Part shown: positions 18,253-27,955 of the stretch, piece after piece
How the letters are laid out: the number at the start of each line of letters is the position of its first letter
Position numbering within the stretch: the first letter of the stretch is position 1
Position numbers and translations under genes: made by a program
DNA from: a virus
Taxonomy: Duplodnaviria; Caudoviricetes
IMG/VR virus record: IMGVR_UViG_3300010052_000163
Coordinates: 1-53,254 of that record
Length of the DNA: 53,254 nucleotides
Reading direction: 5' to 3' (one strand)
Notes under the pieces: generated by a model
Told to the model about the DNA's origin: nothing
Database searches by the model: none
What the model saw: only the letters and a program-made list of their open reading frames with translations

Positions 18253-18692
18253 TATGCTGCCGTCCAGACGATAGCGTCTTCACCGGCAAGCGTGATTTCG
18301 GCCGTTCCGTCGGCGTCGCCCATGTTGACGTTCGCCGCGGTCATCACCGCCGGACCGGCATAGGTGCCGATGATCTCGCCCGCGTCGGTGCCGTCGCGGA
18401 TGCCGAAGTCGAACTGGTAATTCTTGCGGATGCCGAGCGAGGCGGCGAAGGTGTCGAACTCGTCGACGTTGACGACACCCGAACCGGTCGCGTCCCATTG
18501 CTTGCCGGTGACCTTGACCTTGCGCGTCGGGGCAGAACCCGGTTTCGCGCAGTCGCGGCGGAAGCGGTCGTTGGTGTTGACGGTCTGATTGATCGTCGCG
18601 CTTTCGATCCCGCAGATCGTGGTGAAAACCTCGGGTTCCGCACCATCGCCGACTTTCACGACGATGAAGTCGGCTTCATTGGGATAGCTCAT
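18252..18692 (-). CDS. Major tail tube protein (GTA-like)
   Basis: VKVGDGAEPEVFTTICG...DC..P...GSGV. Confidence 0.85.
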   Translation of the reverse strand: MSYPNEADFIVVKVGDGAEPEVFTTICGIESATINQTVNTNDRFRRDCAKPGSAPTRKVKVTGKQWDATGSGVVNVDEFDTFAASLGIRKNYQFDFGIRDGTDAGEIIGTYAGPAVMTAANVNMGDADGTAEITLAGEDAIVWTAA

Positions 18693-18737
18693 GTTGGTCT
18701 CCGCAGAAAAATCCTGCGAAGACGCTATGGCGTGGGG

Positions 18738-18974
18738 TTAGGTTCGGTTACCGCCGTCAGGTCCAAGATGAAGGCGAGGCACCAAAACCATGTTCCGGCG
18801 CCGCTCGTCCGCCGGCTGCTCGCCCACTGCCTCGATCACCGCTGCGCGCACGGCATGGGCGGCGTCATCCTGCCCCTCGTCGTCGAGACGGCGCGCGACT
18901 TCCTCGGCATCGGCATGGTCGAACGTGCCGTTGCGGATGAGCTGCACGGTGATGTGGAAAGCGGTGGCGTCCAT
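18738..18974 (-). CDS. Hypothetical protein
   Basis: GGAG RBS; in operon. Confidence 0.6.
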   Translation of the reverse strand: MDATAFHITVQLIRNGTFDHADAEEVARRLDDEGQDDAAHAVRAAVIEAVGEQPADERRRNMVLVPRLHLGPDGGNRT

Positions 18975-18983
18975 TGGCTCCGC

Positions 18984-19427
18984 TTATGCCACGGCTTTGA
19001 GAACTCGGCAATTCAATTGGCCGAACCAATGCCAATGGTCAGGATCGACGTCTTTGAGGATGCGGACGTCGGAAAACGACAGTTTGCAATGAGATCCGTC
19101 CTCCAAGGTGATATTGTTCGGGGCAAAGGCCGTTTGAATCGCCTTGCCGATCGCACTGATATGCTGACGGCCTGTCTGCACGACCGATGCCCCAGACTTT
19201 TTTGGTCCGGCAAAAGCGTGCACGTCCATAGCGATGTCGCTGCCAATCGCGCACGCCATCCGCAGGGGCAGCATCGTCGGATTTTCGATCATCATAATCG
19301 GCCAGGGCTGAACGCCAACAGGATCGATGCTCGTTTTTGGAACGAGGGCAATCAGGGGCGCGTCATTCTTGGCCCGGATGAGCAATGTCCGGCGCGCTTG
19401 TTCTTCAAGTTCGGTATCGGTGATCAT
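18984..19427 (-). CDS. Tail completion/terminator protein (DUF3168-like)
   Basis: Position; DVHAFA, D..HWHWFG. Confidence 0.7.
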   Translation of the reverse strand: MITDTELEEQARRTLLIRAKNDAPLIALVPKTSIDPVGVQPWPIMMIENPTMLPLRMACAIGSDIAMDVHAFAGPKKSGASVVQTGRQHISAIGKAIQTAFAPNNITLEDGSHCKLSFSDVRILKDVDPDHWHWFGQLNCRVLKAVA

Positions 19428-19639
19428 TCCGCGCTCTTTTTGACGCGCTGGCGACGGCTGGCGCTGGGCTTTTCAGGATCGGGCGCGTCGGTTTCCGTGG
19501 CTGGCGCTTCAACAACCAGCGCCCCAGCCTGTTCAGCCGCCTTACGCCGAACAGCGGGCAGTGAGCCCGTCCAGCCCTTCGGATAGGTCACCGTCACCAT
19601 CGGGTCGCGATAGGTCCATTCGCGGGCAAATTCGTCCAT
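19424..19639 (-). CDS. Hypothetical protein
   Basis: Coupled; YPKGW...AAEQAGA. Confidence 0.6.
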   Translation of the reverse strand: MDEFAREWTYRDPMVTVTYPKGWTGSLPAVRRKAAEQAGALVVEAPATETDAPDPEKPSASRRQRVKKSAE

Positions 19640-19640
19640 A

Positions 19641-20060
19641 TCAGTCGCTCCTACGGGATTTCTTGACGACGCGGCCTAGGGCTTGCTCGACCAGTCGCTT
19701 CGCCTCGGGCTTCACCTTGTCGCGCGCGGGGCGCATGAACGGGCGAGCGGCTATCTTGCCGGTCCCAAATTCCAGCGCCGCCGAATATCCAGCGCTCGAC
19801 GTGACCAAAACCCGCAAGGGCTTGGGCTGCGTCGTCTCGATATTGTTCGCCAGCACCCCGGTGTCATTGTTCGGCGGCTCGCCCGGCGCCGACGGCACAT
19901 GCCCCTTGCCCGACACCGCGCCCGCCGTGATCGATCGCTGCGCCGTCGTTTGCACCAATTCGCCGGCGGCAAAGAGCGCCTTGCCAATCTCGCGCTCGGC
20001 GCCAGCGCTCGCCAGCGCATTGAGCCGCCGAATATGAGCGCGCGCACCCTTGAACGCCAT
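19641..20060 (-). CDS. HK97 gp10-like protein
   Basis: PSAPGEPPNNDTGVLANNI, YSAALEFGT, ARPFMRPA. Confidence 0.88.
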   Translation of the reverse strand: MAFKGARAHIRRLNALASAGAEREIGKALFAAGELVQTTAQRSITAGAVSGKGHVPSAPGEPPNNDTGVLANNIETTQPKPLRVLVTSSAGYSAALEFGTGKIAARPFMRPARDKVKPEAKRLVEQALGRVVKKSRRSD

Positions 20061-20437
20061 CACAGCCCCCCGATCTGGCGCGCGCGGCACTCCCACCCAA
20101 ACCCCAGCGGATCCCGCCCGACGGTCTGGATCGTGTAGGACTGACCAGCGAACGGGCCAGCCGACACGGAAACGTCCGGTTCGGTGGTCAACGAAACAGG
20201 CCCGAGAATGAGCAACCGAACATCGCGCTCGAGAAACCCCTCGGCCTGCCGCATTGCCTCGGTCACGCGATCGACCTGGACCCTCACCGAAACCTGAGAC
20301 GGCATGCCCGGAGTGATGATGCTCCCACCATCGTCAAAAACCGGCGTTCCGGCATAGACCAGCAGCCCATCGTGATACGGCCCGCCTACAGCCTCACCGA
20401 CAAGCGTGGCGATCTGGGCGAACGCTTGGTCAAGCAC
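20060..20437 (-). CDS. Head closure protein
   Basis: Position; DVRLLIL...YTIQTVGRDP. Confidence 0.65.
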   Translation of the reverse strand: MLDQAFAQIATLVGEAVGGPYHDGLLVYAGTPVFDDGGSIITPGMPSQVSVRVQVDRVTEAMRQAEGFLERDVRLLILGPVSLTTEPDVSVSAGPFAGQSYTIQTVGRDPLGFGWECRARQIGGL

Positions 20438-21074
20438 AGCCCACCAGCCTCGGCCCGCCCACATTCCGGCGCAGATAGGTCAGAAACTGGACGCCGTAGC
20501 GGGTCGACGAATAGCCCCCATTCCCGCTACGGCGCACGGTCTCCGCATCGAAGCTGACCGACATCGACGCGGATTTGAAATCGGTGACGCCCATCCCGGC
20601 GAGTGACGCGACGGCACCGCCCGTCGTGCCGGCGCCAGACAGGGCGAGGTTGTGGGCGGCGAGCGTCAGTTTCGCCGGTTCGATGTCGGCGGCGAACCAG
20701 CCATCGGTGACGATGAGCCCGGCGTCGGTGATCCAATAGGCGACGGTCGAATCCGGCACCGATGCAAAGGCCGGAAACCGAATGCGGAACGCCGTGACAA
20801 GCGCGCTCGACGATTCCGCGACGGCAATTTGCGCGGCCGTCTCAAAGGTGCGCCCGCCAACCGTCGTGACGCGCAGGGTGAAGGTAGAAACGCCGACTGT
20901 GCCGCCCGATAGCCAGACGGTCACCTTGTCGTCGGTGTTTGCGTCGCTGTCGATCGTGACGTCGCCATCGTCGAGGGTGACGGTATGCGATGCGATGGTG
21001 TCGCCAGCATCTATGCCGGGCGTCCACGAATAATCGGCGACCTCATCCGGGTCTTTGGCGGGCCAGATAATCAT
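20430..21074 (-). CDS. Neck protein: fibre-adaptor-like N-domain fused to DUF4054-like head-tail adaptor
   Basis: KDPDEVADY...VWLSGG...TTVGGRT; then FRIRFPAFASVPD, LAAHNL, STRYGVQF. Confidence 0.72.
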   Translation of the reverse strand: MIIWPAKDPDEVADYSWTPGIDAGDTIASHTVTLDDGDVTIDSDANTDDKVTVWLSGGTVGVSTFTLRVTTVGGRTFETAAQIAVAESSSALVTAFRIRFPAFASVPDSTVAYWITDAGLIVTDGWFAADIEPAKLTLAAHNLALSGAGTTGGAVASLAGMGVTDFKSASMSVSFDAETVRRSGNGGYSSTRYGVQFLTYLRRNVGGPRLVGCA

Positions 21075-23500
21075 CGCGCCAACCTTAGGCTGACGGCGGT
21101 GCGGTTTCTTACCGCCGTCATTTGATCGCGGGACGGACGGGCGGTGGAGACGTTGCGGTCGGGCCCGTCGGTGTTGGCGGTGCGGGATTGCATTGCGGTG
21201 GCTGCGGTTCGGGCTTCGGATGGCGCCATGAGGACGCGCTTTGTCGCGGTGGATTCGACGGCATCGTCATCCTCGGTTATTGAGCCCGCGCCCAGATTGG
21301 TGACGCCGCCAGACGACGAAACGACGTCATCCTGTTCGGTCATCGCCGCCGCGCCAGAAATGCGGGCTAGCGATTCACTCGCAACCGAGTCCATTTCCTC
21401 GACGATAGAAGCCACAGCGCGCACGACGAGCCCGCCTGTGGCCGCAATAGTATCGCCGGCCTCGGCGATAACCGCTGAGCCTGCGCGGCCATTCGAAGTG
21501 GCGAGCGTGTCGTCGGCTTCCGTAATCAACGCGACCGCGAGAAGGGCAACGACGCCAGACGATGCGAGCGCGTCACCGGCTTCGGCGATCAATACCATAC
21601 CGGCAAGCGCGAGACTGGACGAAGCGGCCAGTGTGTCGCCCGCCTCGGTGATCGCGACCACCGCGGACATGCTGTGCAAGCCAGTCGCTGCAAGCCCGTC
21701 GTCAGCTTCGACAATCGTCAGGGCGCCAGTGCGGTTCGAACCGCTGAACGCCGAAAGCGTGTCGTCGGCTTCGGTCGAGGAAAGCGTGCCGTTCACTGCA
21801 AGAGACGCAGCGCCGTTTGCCAGGTCATCGGCTTCGGTCAAGGTGGCGACGGCTTGGACCAGCACCACGCTCGTAGCCGCAACGCTGTCTGCGCCCTCGG
21901 TGAGGGTTGAAGTGCCAGCGATAGGTAGCACCGACGTTGCCGAAACGGTGTCACCCCCTTCAGCGATCCATGCGACGCCCTCGACCAGCGCCGCGCCGGT
22001 CGACGAAATGGAGTCCCCCGCCTCGGTGACGGACACCGCACCTACCAGCGAGAGCGTCGATGCGCTCGACACGGTGTCCGCGGCCTCGGTTGCGCTCAAA
22101 GTGCTTGCGATGATCAGCGCCGATGCGGCCGCGAGCGTGTCTGCGCCTTCCGCGACGGACAAGACGCCCGAGATGAGCGAAAGGCCTTCACCTGCGGCCG
22201 AGACCGCATCGTTGCCCTCGGTGGCGCTCAGGTTAGCGGCAATGGCGACTTTTGCGGGTGCCGCGAGCGTATCAGGTGCTTCGGTTGGCGACGACGCGCC
22301 GGCGAGCGCGTTCTTTGCTGTTGAGGCTACGGTGTCGGCGGCTTCGACGATCGAGGCCGAACCACTCCCCCCGCTCGATCCCAAATCGAGCAGCGCCAGA
22401 GCCGACCCCGCGCCAACAGCGATGGTTGCCGATCCCGCCTGACTGCGGTCCAGCGTGTAGGTCTTGGACCCCGCCCCCGGTGTCCGCACCGACGCGAACG
22501 CACTGTTGTGGAACCTGACCTGAGCGGCGTTGTAACTGCGACGGATGCTTTCCGCGATGTCCGAACCCGCCTCGGTCACCTGAGTGGTCACGTTGGTGCC
22601 AGAAGTCGTGCATGACGTGCCCCAGCCGCCCAAGAGCAGGTGCGGATTGGCACTTAGGGTTTCCGTGAACGTGATCGCCGTCGCGCTCGATTGCGTCCCT
22701 GCGCTGTCGGACGTTAGCTGGTTGCCGTAGACCGCATCGAAGTCCGCTTCGGACACGACGAGTATGCGAGCGTTGGTGATGCCGCTGACCTGAGCGACAC
22801 CATGAGCGCGGAAGTCGAAGGACGCCGTGCGCGAACCGGCAGGAACCGCCATGAAGCGCCACACCATCATCGCCGGGGTCAAATTGGTAGCGTCGTTCGT
22901 TCGCGCGCCGAGTTGCGACGTGCTGACCCCGTCGCATGTCAGTTGGATATAGACTGGGACGCTCGCGGTGTTGCAGTCGAACTCGCCAGAGCCGACAACG
23001 ACATAATTGCCGCCATCGCTGGTGAAATTGACCGACACCGCTGCCGACGGGGTGGTGGATGTCGTCGTCTGCCGGGCGAGGCTCTGCGCCTTGGCATCAT
23101 TCGGCCCCAGTTTGATCGAGACGATATGGCCGTTCTTGCCGTTGATCGAGTTGCCGTTCGTCTCGGGCTTGATCGAGACGTCGGCATAGACACCGATTGG
23201 GGCCACGTCCTCGTCGTGGAAGAACATGCCGGCCAGTTGCGGATATTCCGCGGTGTTTGCGCTCTCGAAATTGAGCGTCGCAATCGTCGTCTCGAACCCG
23301 ACCGGCCCGAACCGAACCTGCAAGTCGGCGTCTGCCGTCGCGTTGCTGGCATTCTGCACCCCGCAGGACCAGAGGAACGCATAGGGGCTGCTTACGTCGG
23401 GCGTAAACTCGTCAAGCGTGACAACAGACGCCCACGTCGAATTGGACGTGTTGTTGACCGGGCCAGCATTGGACGCCGAGTAATATTGGCGGGCTGCCAC
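21071..23500 (-). CDS. Long fibre-like virion protein with ~18 repeats of ~21 aa
   Basis: C-terminal half with regularly spaced (T/A/V)-E-x-x-D motifs; beta-rich N-half. Confidence 0.7.
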   Translation of the reverse strand: MAARQYYSASNAGPVNNTSNSTWASVVTLDEFTPDVSSPYAFLWSCGVQNASNATADADLQVRFGPVGFETTIATLNFESANTAEYPQLAGMFFHDEDVAPIGVYADVSIKPETNGNSINGKNGHIVSIKLGPNDAKAQSLARQTTTSTTPSAAVSVNFTSDGGNYVVVGSGEFDCNTASVPVYIQLTCDGVSTSQLGARTNDATNLTPAMMVWRFMAVPAGSRTASFDFRAHGVAQVSGITNARILVVSEADFDAVYGNQLTSDSAGTQSSATAITFTETLSANPHLLLGGWGTSCTTSGTNVTTQVTEAGSDIAESIRRSYNAAQVRFHNSAFASVRTPGAGSKTYTLDRSQAGSATIAVGAGSALALLDLGSSGGSGSASIVEAADTVASTAKNALAGASSPTEAPDTLAAPAKVAIAANLSATEGNDAVSAAGEGLSLISGVLSVAEGADTLAAASALIIASTLSATEAADTVSSASTLSLVGAVSVTEAGDSISSTGAALVEGVAWIAEGGDTVSATSVLPIAGTSTLTEGADSVAATSVVLVQAVATLTEADDLANGAASLAVNGTLSSTEADDTLSAFSGSNRTGALTIVEADDGLAATGLHSMSAVVAITEAGDTLAASSSLALAGMVLIAEAGDALASSGVVALLAVALITEADDTLATSNGRAGSAVIAEAGDTIAATGGLVVRAVASIVEEMDSVASESLARISGAAAMTEQDDVVSSSGGVTNLGAGSITEDDDAVESTATKRVLMAPSEARTAATAMQSRTANTDGPDRNVSTARPSRDQMTAVRNRTAVSLRLAR

Positions 23501-23526
23501 GGGCCTACCTCCCGCCCGTCAAGGGA

Positions 23527-23934
23527 TTACGCGTTGCCCGCGGTCAGCGTGAAGCCAGTGATCGAAAAAGCCTGACCCGCGGCGAAGCTCACATTATCCA
23601 CGGTCATGTCGCCGCCGCCACCCGAAGCGGTAACCGTGCCCTGCGCGTGGCAGGTCGTGCCGTCGGATGCATAGAGGCGGAAGTGGGCCGCGGTGCCGGT
23701 TGCGTCGGCGCTGGTGTCTTCCCATGTACCCGACTTGGCCTTGGTGCCGCTCGAGGCGGCCGCCATCCAGTCCGACGGGAGGTTGCACGTCGCCACCACA
23801 GTGCCGCTATCCGCCGTCGCGCACGATGCCGGAGCGGCGCCGGTGCGGATCTTGAGAATCGCGCTGGTGCCGATCGTCGATTCCACCACGTCGAGACGGG
23901 CATTGCGGACAGCGACGGAGTATTGAAGTGCCAT
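23527..23934 (-). CDS. Virion structural beta-sandwich-like protein
   Basis: RNARLD...LKIRTG..P...GTAAHFRL..DG...QG.V. Confidence 0.7.
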   Translation of the reverse strand: MALQYSVAVRNARLDVVESTIGTSAILKIRTGAAPASCATADSGTVVATCNLPSDWMAAASSGTKAKSGTWEDTSADATGTAAHFRLYASDGTTCHAQGTVTASGGGGDMTVDNVSFAAGQAFSITGFTLTAGNA

Positions 23935-23945
23935 ATTCGGTCCTT

Positions 23946-23980
23946 AAAAATAAGGGCGGGCGCTTTCACGACCCGCCCTT
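23946..23980 (-). terminator. Intrinsic terminator after capsid genes
   Basis: AAGGGCGGG-N11-CCCGCCCTT followed by ATTTTT on minus strand. Confidence 0.75.
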
Positions 23981-24003
23981 TGCGCCCCAGAGAGGTTGGT
24001 CGA

Positions 24004-24258
24004 TCAGCCCTCGCGTGCGAGTTCGATCGCGGCGATGATGTCGGCTTTCTTCGATGCATCGCCGATGTCGACATTCTCGGATGCAGCGAGCGCCTTGAGG
24101 TCGGCGACGGACATGCTCGAAAGCCCGCCCTCGCCTTCCTCGAACCACTCGTCGGCAAAATCGTCGGCTTCGATCGTCTCGCCGGGGTTTGCCATGACCA
24201 GCGCTTTGCCGAGATAGGCGCCACGCGGACCATTCGAGATGTTGGTGACTTTCGCCAT
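24004..24258 (-). CDS. Small head-associated protein with HeH/Rho-N-like C-terminus
   Basis: SMSVADLKALA...KKADIIAAI. Confidence 0.7.
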   Translation of the reverse strand: MAKVTNISNGPRGAYLGKALVMANPGETIEADDFADEWFEEGEGGLSSMSVADLKALAASENVDIGDASKKADIIAAIELAREG

Positions 24259-24270
24259 GGTCTTCGCTCC

Positions 24271-25365
24271 TTAGAAGCTGTCGCGGTACACGACCGCCTT
24301 GGGAAGCCGCACTTCGACACCGCCGACGTTCATGATGCCGCCGACTTCGTAGGTCATGCTCGACTTCTGGAACGGCGGAAGGAACTGGTGGGCTCCGGGC
24401 AGGTGGAATTTCAGCACCTGGGCGTTGTTCGCATAGGCGATCATGCGGGTGCTGGTCGACGTGCCAGCCGTCTCGAGCGCGCGGCTCTTGAGGATGGTCA
24501 GGCCTTCACCGGCGACGTTGTTGGCGAGCAGGAACGACAGGATCGTCGCGTTCGTGTCGCCCACGCGGGTCGTGGCGATGTAGTTGTACCGCGACGTCGG
24601 CAGAACCAGCGTATCGGCAATCATCGTCTCGCCGGTGCCGGTTTCGACGGCAGTCAGCGCCTCGTTGATGTCGCGCAGGATCAGGTCCGGCGTCTTGGCC
24701 GACCACAGGCGCGAGGGACCGGTGCCGTCGTTGGCAACCTGAGCCGACGGGGCAGAGGCGTTGTTGATGAAGCCCGTGCCGCCCTTTTCCGCGACGCCAG
24801 CCGGGGTCTGCCCGTTCATGGCGATCGTGTAGATGAAACGATCGGCGGCGAGCTTGGCCGCACCGGCCTTGTCCGAGCTGAGCGAGCGGCCGAGCTTAGC
24901 GGCGCGCTGCAGTTCCTGCGTGTTCCATTCGTAGCCGATGCCGGCGAGATGGTAGTTCTTGGTGAACTGCGTCATCTTCGTGCTGGCATAGGGCATATCG
25001 AACGCGCCGCCGGCCAGATACTCGGCCTGGCCGACCTGATCCATCGAATAGACCAGCGTGCCGACGTCCCACATATCGCCCGACGTATCGACCGTCATGA
25101 AGCGGGTGATGTCGAAGCTCGGATACTTCGTCATGTAGACTTCGGTTTCGATGCGGTAGAGCTGCGGCGTCAGGAAGGCATAGCCCACCTGCGCGTCGCT
25201 CATGAACGCATCCACCTTGTCGGCGAAGGTCGCGGCGTGACGGGCGTTGTCGCCCGCCCACATGGCAATGACCTGCTTTTTCAGGCCAGCGTCCGCGAGA
25301 AGGAATGCGCCGGGGTCGGTGATGCGGCCCGCTGCGCTGTCGTAAAAATTGGTGATAGCGTTCAT
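24271..25365 (-). CDS. Major capsid protein (DUF2184-like)
   Basis: GYEWNTQEL.RA, GFINN, WSAKTPD.I..DIN, DTLVLP, GGVEVRLPKAVVYRD. Confidence 0.88.
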   Translation of the reverse strand: MNAITNFYDSAAGRITDPGAFLLADAGLKKQVIAMWAGDNARHAATFADKVDAFMSDAQVGYAFLTPQLYRIETEVYMTKYPSFDITRFMTVDTSGDMWDVGTLVYSMDQVGQAEYLAGGAFDMPYASTKMTQFTKNYHLAGIGYEWNTQELQRAAKLGRSLSSDKAGAAKLAADRFIYTIAMNGQTPAGVAEKGGTGFINNASAPSAQVANDGTGPSRLWSAKTPDLILRDINEALTAVETGTGETMIADTLVLPTSRYNYIATTRVGDTNATILSFLLANNVAGEGLTILKSRALETAGTSTSTRMIAYANNAQVLKFHLPGAHQFLPPFQKSSMTYEVGGIMNVGGVEVRLPKAVVYRDSF

Positions 25366-25378
25366 ATCAGTCGCCCCT

Positions 25379-25846
25379 TTAGCGCTTCACGATACGGCAC
25401 AGGCCGTCGGTGATGGTTTCGTCCGCGATCCAGCCGGTCGCGATGTGGGTGGCATCGGCAGCGGTGGCGCCGATCAGGTCGGCCGCGCCGCCGCCAGTTC
25501 CGACGGTGATCGCGGCGCCATCGGTGACTGCGCCTTTGACGTTCACGAAAATCGCGCCGAGCGTCATGATCGCCACGTTGTCGTACTGCTGATATTCGTC
25601 GGCATCCTGGCCGGCGATGACAGCCTGCCCGGCATTTGCGATGGTCCAGCCGAGAAAGGTTGCGAGCGTGCCGACCGTGGCCGTGCAGCCATGATCGCCA
25701 GTGCCGCGATAGACCGGCTGGCCGAAAGCAACGCCCGCAGCCGTTTCGCAGGTGCGCGTGATGCGGTTCGACGTTTCGCCATTGGCGACCATGCCGGGAT
25801 AGCCCTTGGCGACGGTCTCGGTGTAGGAAGTCTGGAGTTCAGCCAT
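25379..25846 (-). CDS. Capsid decoration/cement protein
   Basis: GYPGMVA, AFGQPV, MTLGAIFV; directly upstream of capsid gene. Confidence 0.78.
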   Translation of the reverse strand: MAELQTSYTETVAKGYPGMVANGETSNRITRTCETAAGVAFGQPVYRGTGDHGCTATVGTLATFLGWTIANAGQAVIAGQDADEYQQYDNVAIMTLGAIFVNVKGAVTDGAAITVGTGGGAADLIGATAADATHIATGWIADETITDGLCRIVKR

Positions 25847-25858
25847 GTCGAACGCTCC

Positions 25859-26971
25859 TTATGCGTACTGCGCCATGCGCGCGGCATCGCGAACGCTGGC
25901 ATTGTCGGTTGCGAGGATGCGCGGGGTGCCGATGGGCTGGACCGTGCGGTTGTCGTTGGCTTCGGTCTTGCCCTCGGTGAGGCCGTCGAAGCGGGCGTCG
26001 ATATAGTCGTCAGACTTGTCGGCCACGGCAGTGTCGCCCTTGATCAGGCGGACCGTCTCGCGGCGAACGTCGGCGACGCTCTTGCCAGCGAAATCGGGCG
26101 CCTTGTCGCCGAGCAGCGCCTTGGCCTTGGTGACGGCATCGGCCTTCGCGTCGGCGAGCGCATCGATCTTGGTCTGATCGACAACCTTGGTCTTGAGATC
26201 GTCGATCTCGGTGTCCTTGGCCGCGAGCGCCTTGTCGTGGGCGGTCTGGGCATCGGCCAGCGCTTTGTCGGCAGCGGCCTTATCCGCCTGCAGCTTCACA
26301 ATTGCCGCCTCCGCTTCATCGGAGACGTTCGGGACACGAAGCCCGTCGATCGTCAGAGTTTTCATGGGTATGTCTCCAGTGGAGGTGAGGCGGTCGAAAA
26401 TGTCCGCAGGAAGCGCGTCGCAGGCGGCAAAACCGTCCTTGATCGCACATTCGGAGCCGGCGCGGCCCCGATCCACGAGGGCGACGTGATTGCCCGCGAT
26501 GGAAGTCTGGCGCGCCTGGCATTTGGTGCCGTCGGGCGCGGTGAAGTCACCGAATTGCAGGTCGGTCGAATAGCCGTTCGACAGCTCGCGCTTGCCAGCA
26601 TCGACCTTTGCGATGGCGTCGGCGTCGGTGAGCAAGAGATCGAAGGCGAGATAGTCGCCATCGCGCATCGCTCCCATGACGGTGCCGCGCGCGAGATCTT
26701 TCCAGTTGGTGGAGTTTACCGGCGCACTCGGATGGTCGTCGGTGATCGGTTTGCCGATGAAGCTGCGAGCGCTGGCGTTGTCGAAAACGGTTGTGTCGTC
26801 GCGCAGCACCTTGACGATGGGCGTGTCGCGCAGGCCGTGCTCATTCTTGGGATCGACCTCGGAGCCGGCATAATCGTAGACGCCGGTGCGCGCAGCCTTT
26901 GCCCGCACGGCGAGGTATCCGTCCTTGGTCCGGCGGGGCGCGTCGAGCGTGAGGGCGTCGGTAAAGAACAT
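25859..26971 (-). CDS. DUF2213 prohead protease/scaffold-like protein
   Basis: TKDGYL, ARTGVYDY, PITDDHP, ELSNGY, NHVALVDRGRAG; coiled C-terminus. Confidence 0.9.
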   Translation of the reverse strand: MFFTDALTLDAPRRTKDGYLAVRAKAARTGVYDYAGSEVDPKNEHGLRDTPIVKVLRDDTTVFDNASARSFIGKPITDDHPSAPVNSTNWKDLARGTVMGAMRDGDYLAFDLLLTDADAIAKVDAGKRELSNGYSTDLQFGDFTAPDGTKCQARQTSIAGNHVALVDRGRAGSECAIKDGFAACDALPADIFDRLTSTGDIPMKTLTIDGLRVPNVSDEAEAAIVKLQADKAAADKALADAQTAHDKALAAKDTEIDDLKTKVVDQTKIDALADAKADAVTKAKALLGDKAPDFAGKSVADVRRETVRLIKGDTAVADKSDDYIDARFDGLTEGKTEANDNRTVQPIGTPRILATDNASVRDAARMAQYA

Positions 26972-27022
26972 CTTGGGCGAGCACGTTATGCATCACCCTG
27001 TTATGCGGTTACCGCCGTTAGG

Positions 27023-27316
27023 TTAATCGGTGGGCTTCGGGTAAAATCCGATAGCGCAAAGGTCGCCGTGGAACATTTGCACCTCAGCAAAGGTGAACGG
27101 CGGGCGCAGATGCACAATGTCCTCGAACAATTCCCGCTCGTCGTCGTCGGATTCCTCTTCCAGAACGACAGCGAAAGCCCAAAGCTCGCCGCGCTTGACC
27201 GGCTCGCTGCCAAAGTCGCCTCTCGAGCGATAGCCGCTGGTCCGTTGGGCGCTTTCATCCCAAAATTCGTCTTTGAAGACGCGGTTGGGATGGTCATAGA
27301 CAATGAGCCGCGCCAT
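27023..27316 (-). CDS. Hypothetical accessory protein
   Basis: Coupled to upstream ORF; acidic. Confidence 0.6.
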   Translation of the reverse strand: MARLIVYDHPNRVFKDEFWDESAQRTSGYRSRGDFGSEPVKRGELWAFAVVLEEESDDDERELFEDIVHLRPPFTFAEVQMFHGDLCAIGFYPKPTD

Positions 27317-27579
27317 CACCCGCCCTCGCTCAATGCGGCGTCGATCATGGCTTGCCAATCCTGCGTCGGGTTGTTGTCCATCAAGCTCATGTCGGACACT
27401 GCCGCCACCATCCCCTCGCTCGGTTCGCGCAGAGCTTCGAGGATGGAGCGCGCGTCAGGAAGGCAAAGCATCCACGCTGGATAGTCGCATGGCTCGCCGA
27501 TTGGGTTGCCAGCTTGAACCATTTCGTCGGCGCGCGGGCCAGCAATTATGCGGGCAGCGCGTTCGAGGGGGCTGGTCAT
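27316..27579 (-). CDS. Hypothetical accessory protein
   Basis: LERAAR...ALREPSEGM...WQAMIDAAL, a pattern common in small phage ORFs. Confidence 0.7.
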   Translation of the reverse strand: MTSPLERAARIIAGPRADEMVQAGNPIGEPCDYPAWMLCLPDARSILEALREPSEGMVAAVSDMSLMDNNPTQDWQAMIDAALSEGG

Positions 27580-27863
27580 GCTGCCGTGTCCGGTCGATAG
27601 GTCACTCCGTTGACGACGACGAAATCTGGCTGATAACCAAGCGGCTTGCGGGTGATAACGGTGCCGCGCGAAAAATGCTTCTTACGCACATCGATCGGTT
27701 CAATCTCAAGCCACCGGGCGTCGCCATCGCGGCAGTTGACGAGGGCGAGATTTTCCGGGTCACGGATGCGCATCACGCCGCGCGCATATCCCGCAATTCG
27801 TTGGCAGGTGTCACCAAATTCTTTGATGCTGGCGCTCAAATTCGCCATAGACGTTTCAGCCAT
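27576..27863 (-). CDS. Hypothetical accessory protein
   Basis: AGGAGG RBS within structured leader. Confidence 0.6.
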   Translation of the reverse strand: MAETSMANLSASIKEFGDTCQRIAGYARGVMRIRDPENLALVNCRDGDARWLEIEPIDVRKKHFSRGTVITRKPLGYQPDFVVVNGVTYRPDTAA

Positions 27864-27955
27864 TCGATCCTCCTATGATCGTCTAAGGTCAGGGTCGGCG
27901 GTGTTGTCGCACCGTCGGCCCGAAATGGTAGCAGAATCGCCCGAAAAGCCTAGCG

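Noticed and set aside
23647-27484. 588-aa and 711-aa plus-strand ORFs
   Set aside because: Antisense shadows of capsid, cement and DUF2213 genes caused by codon bias.
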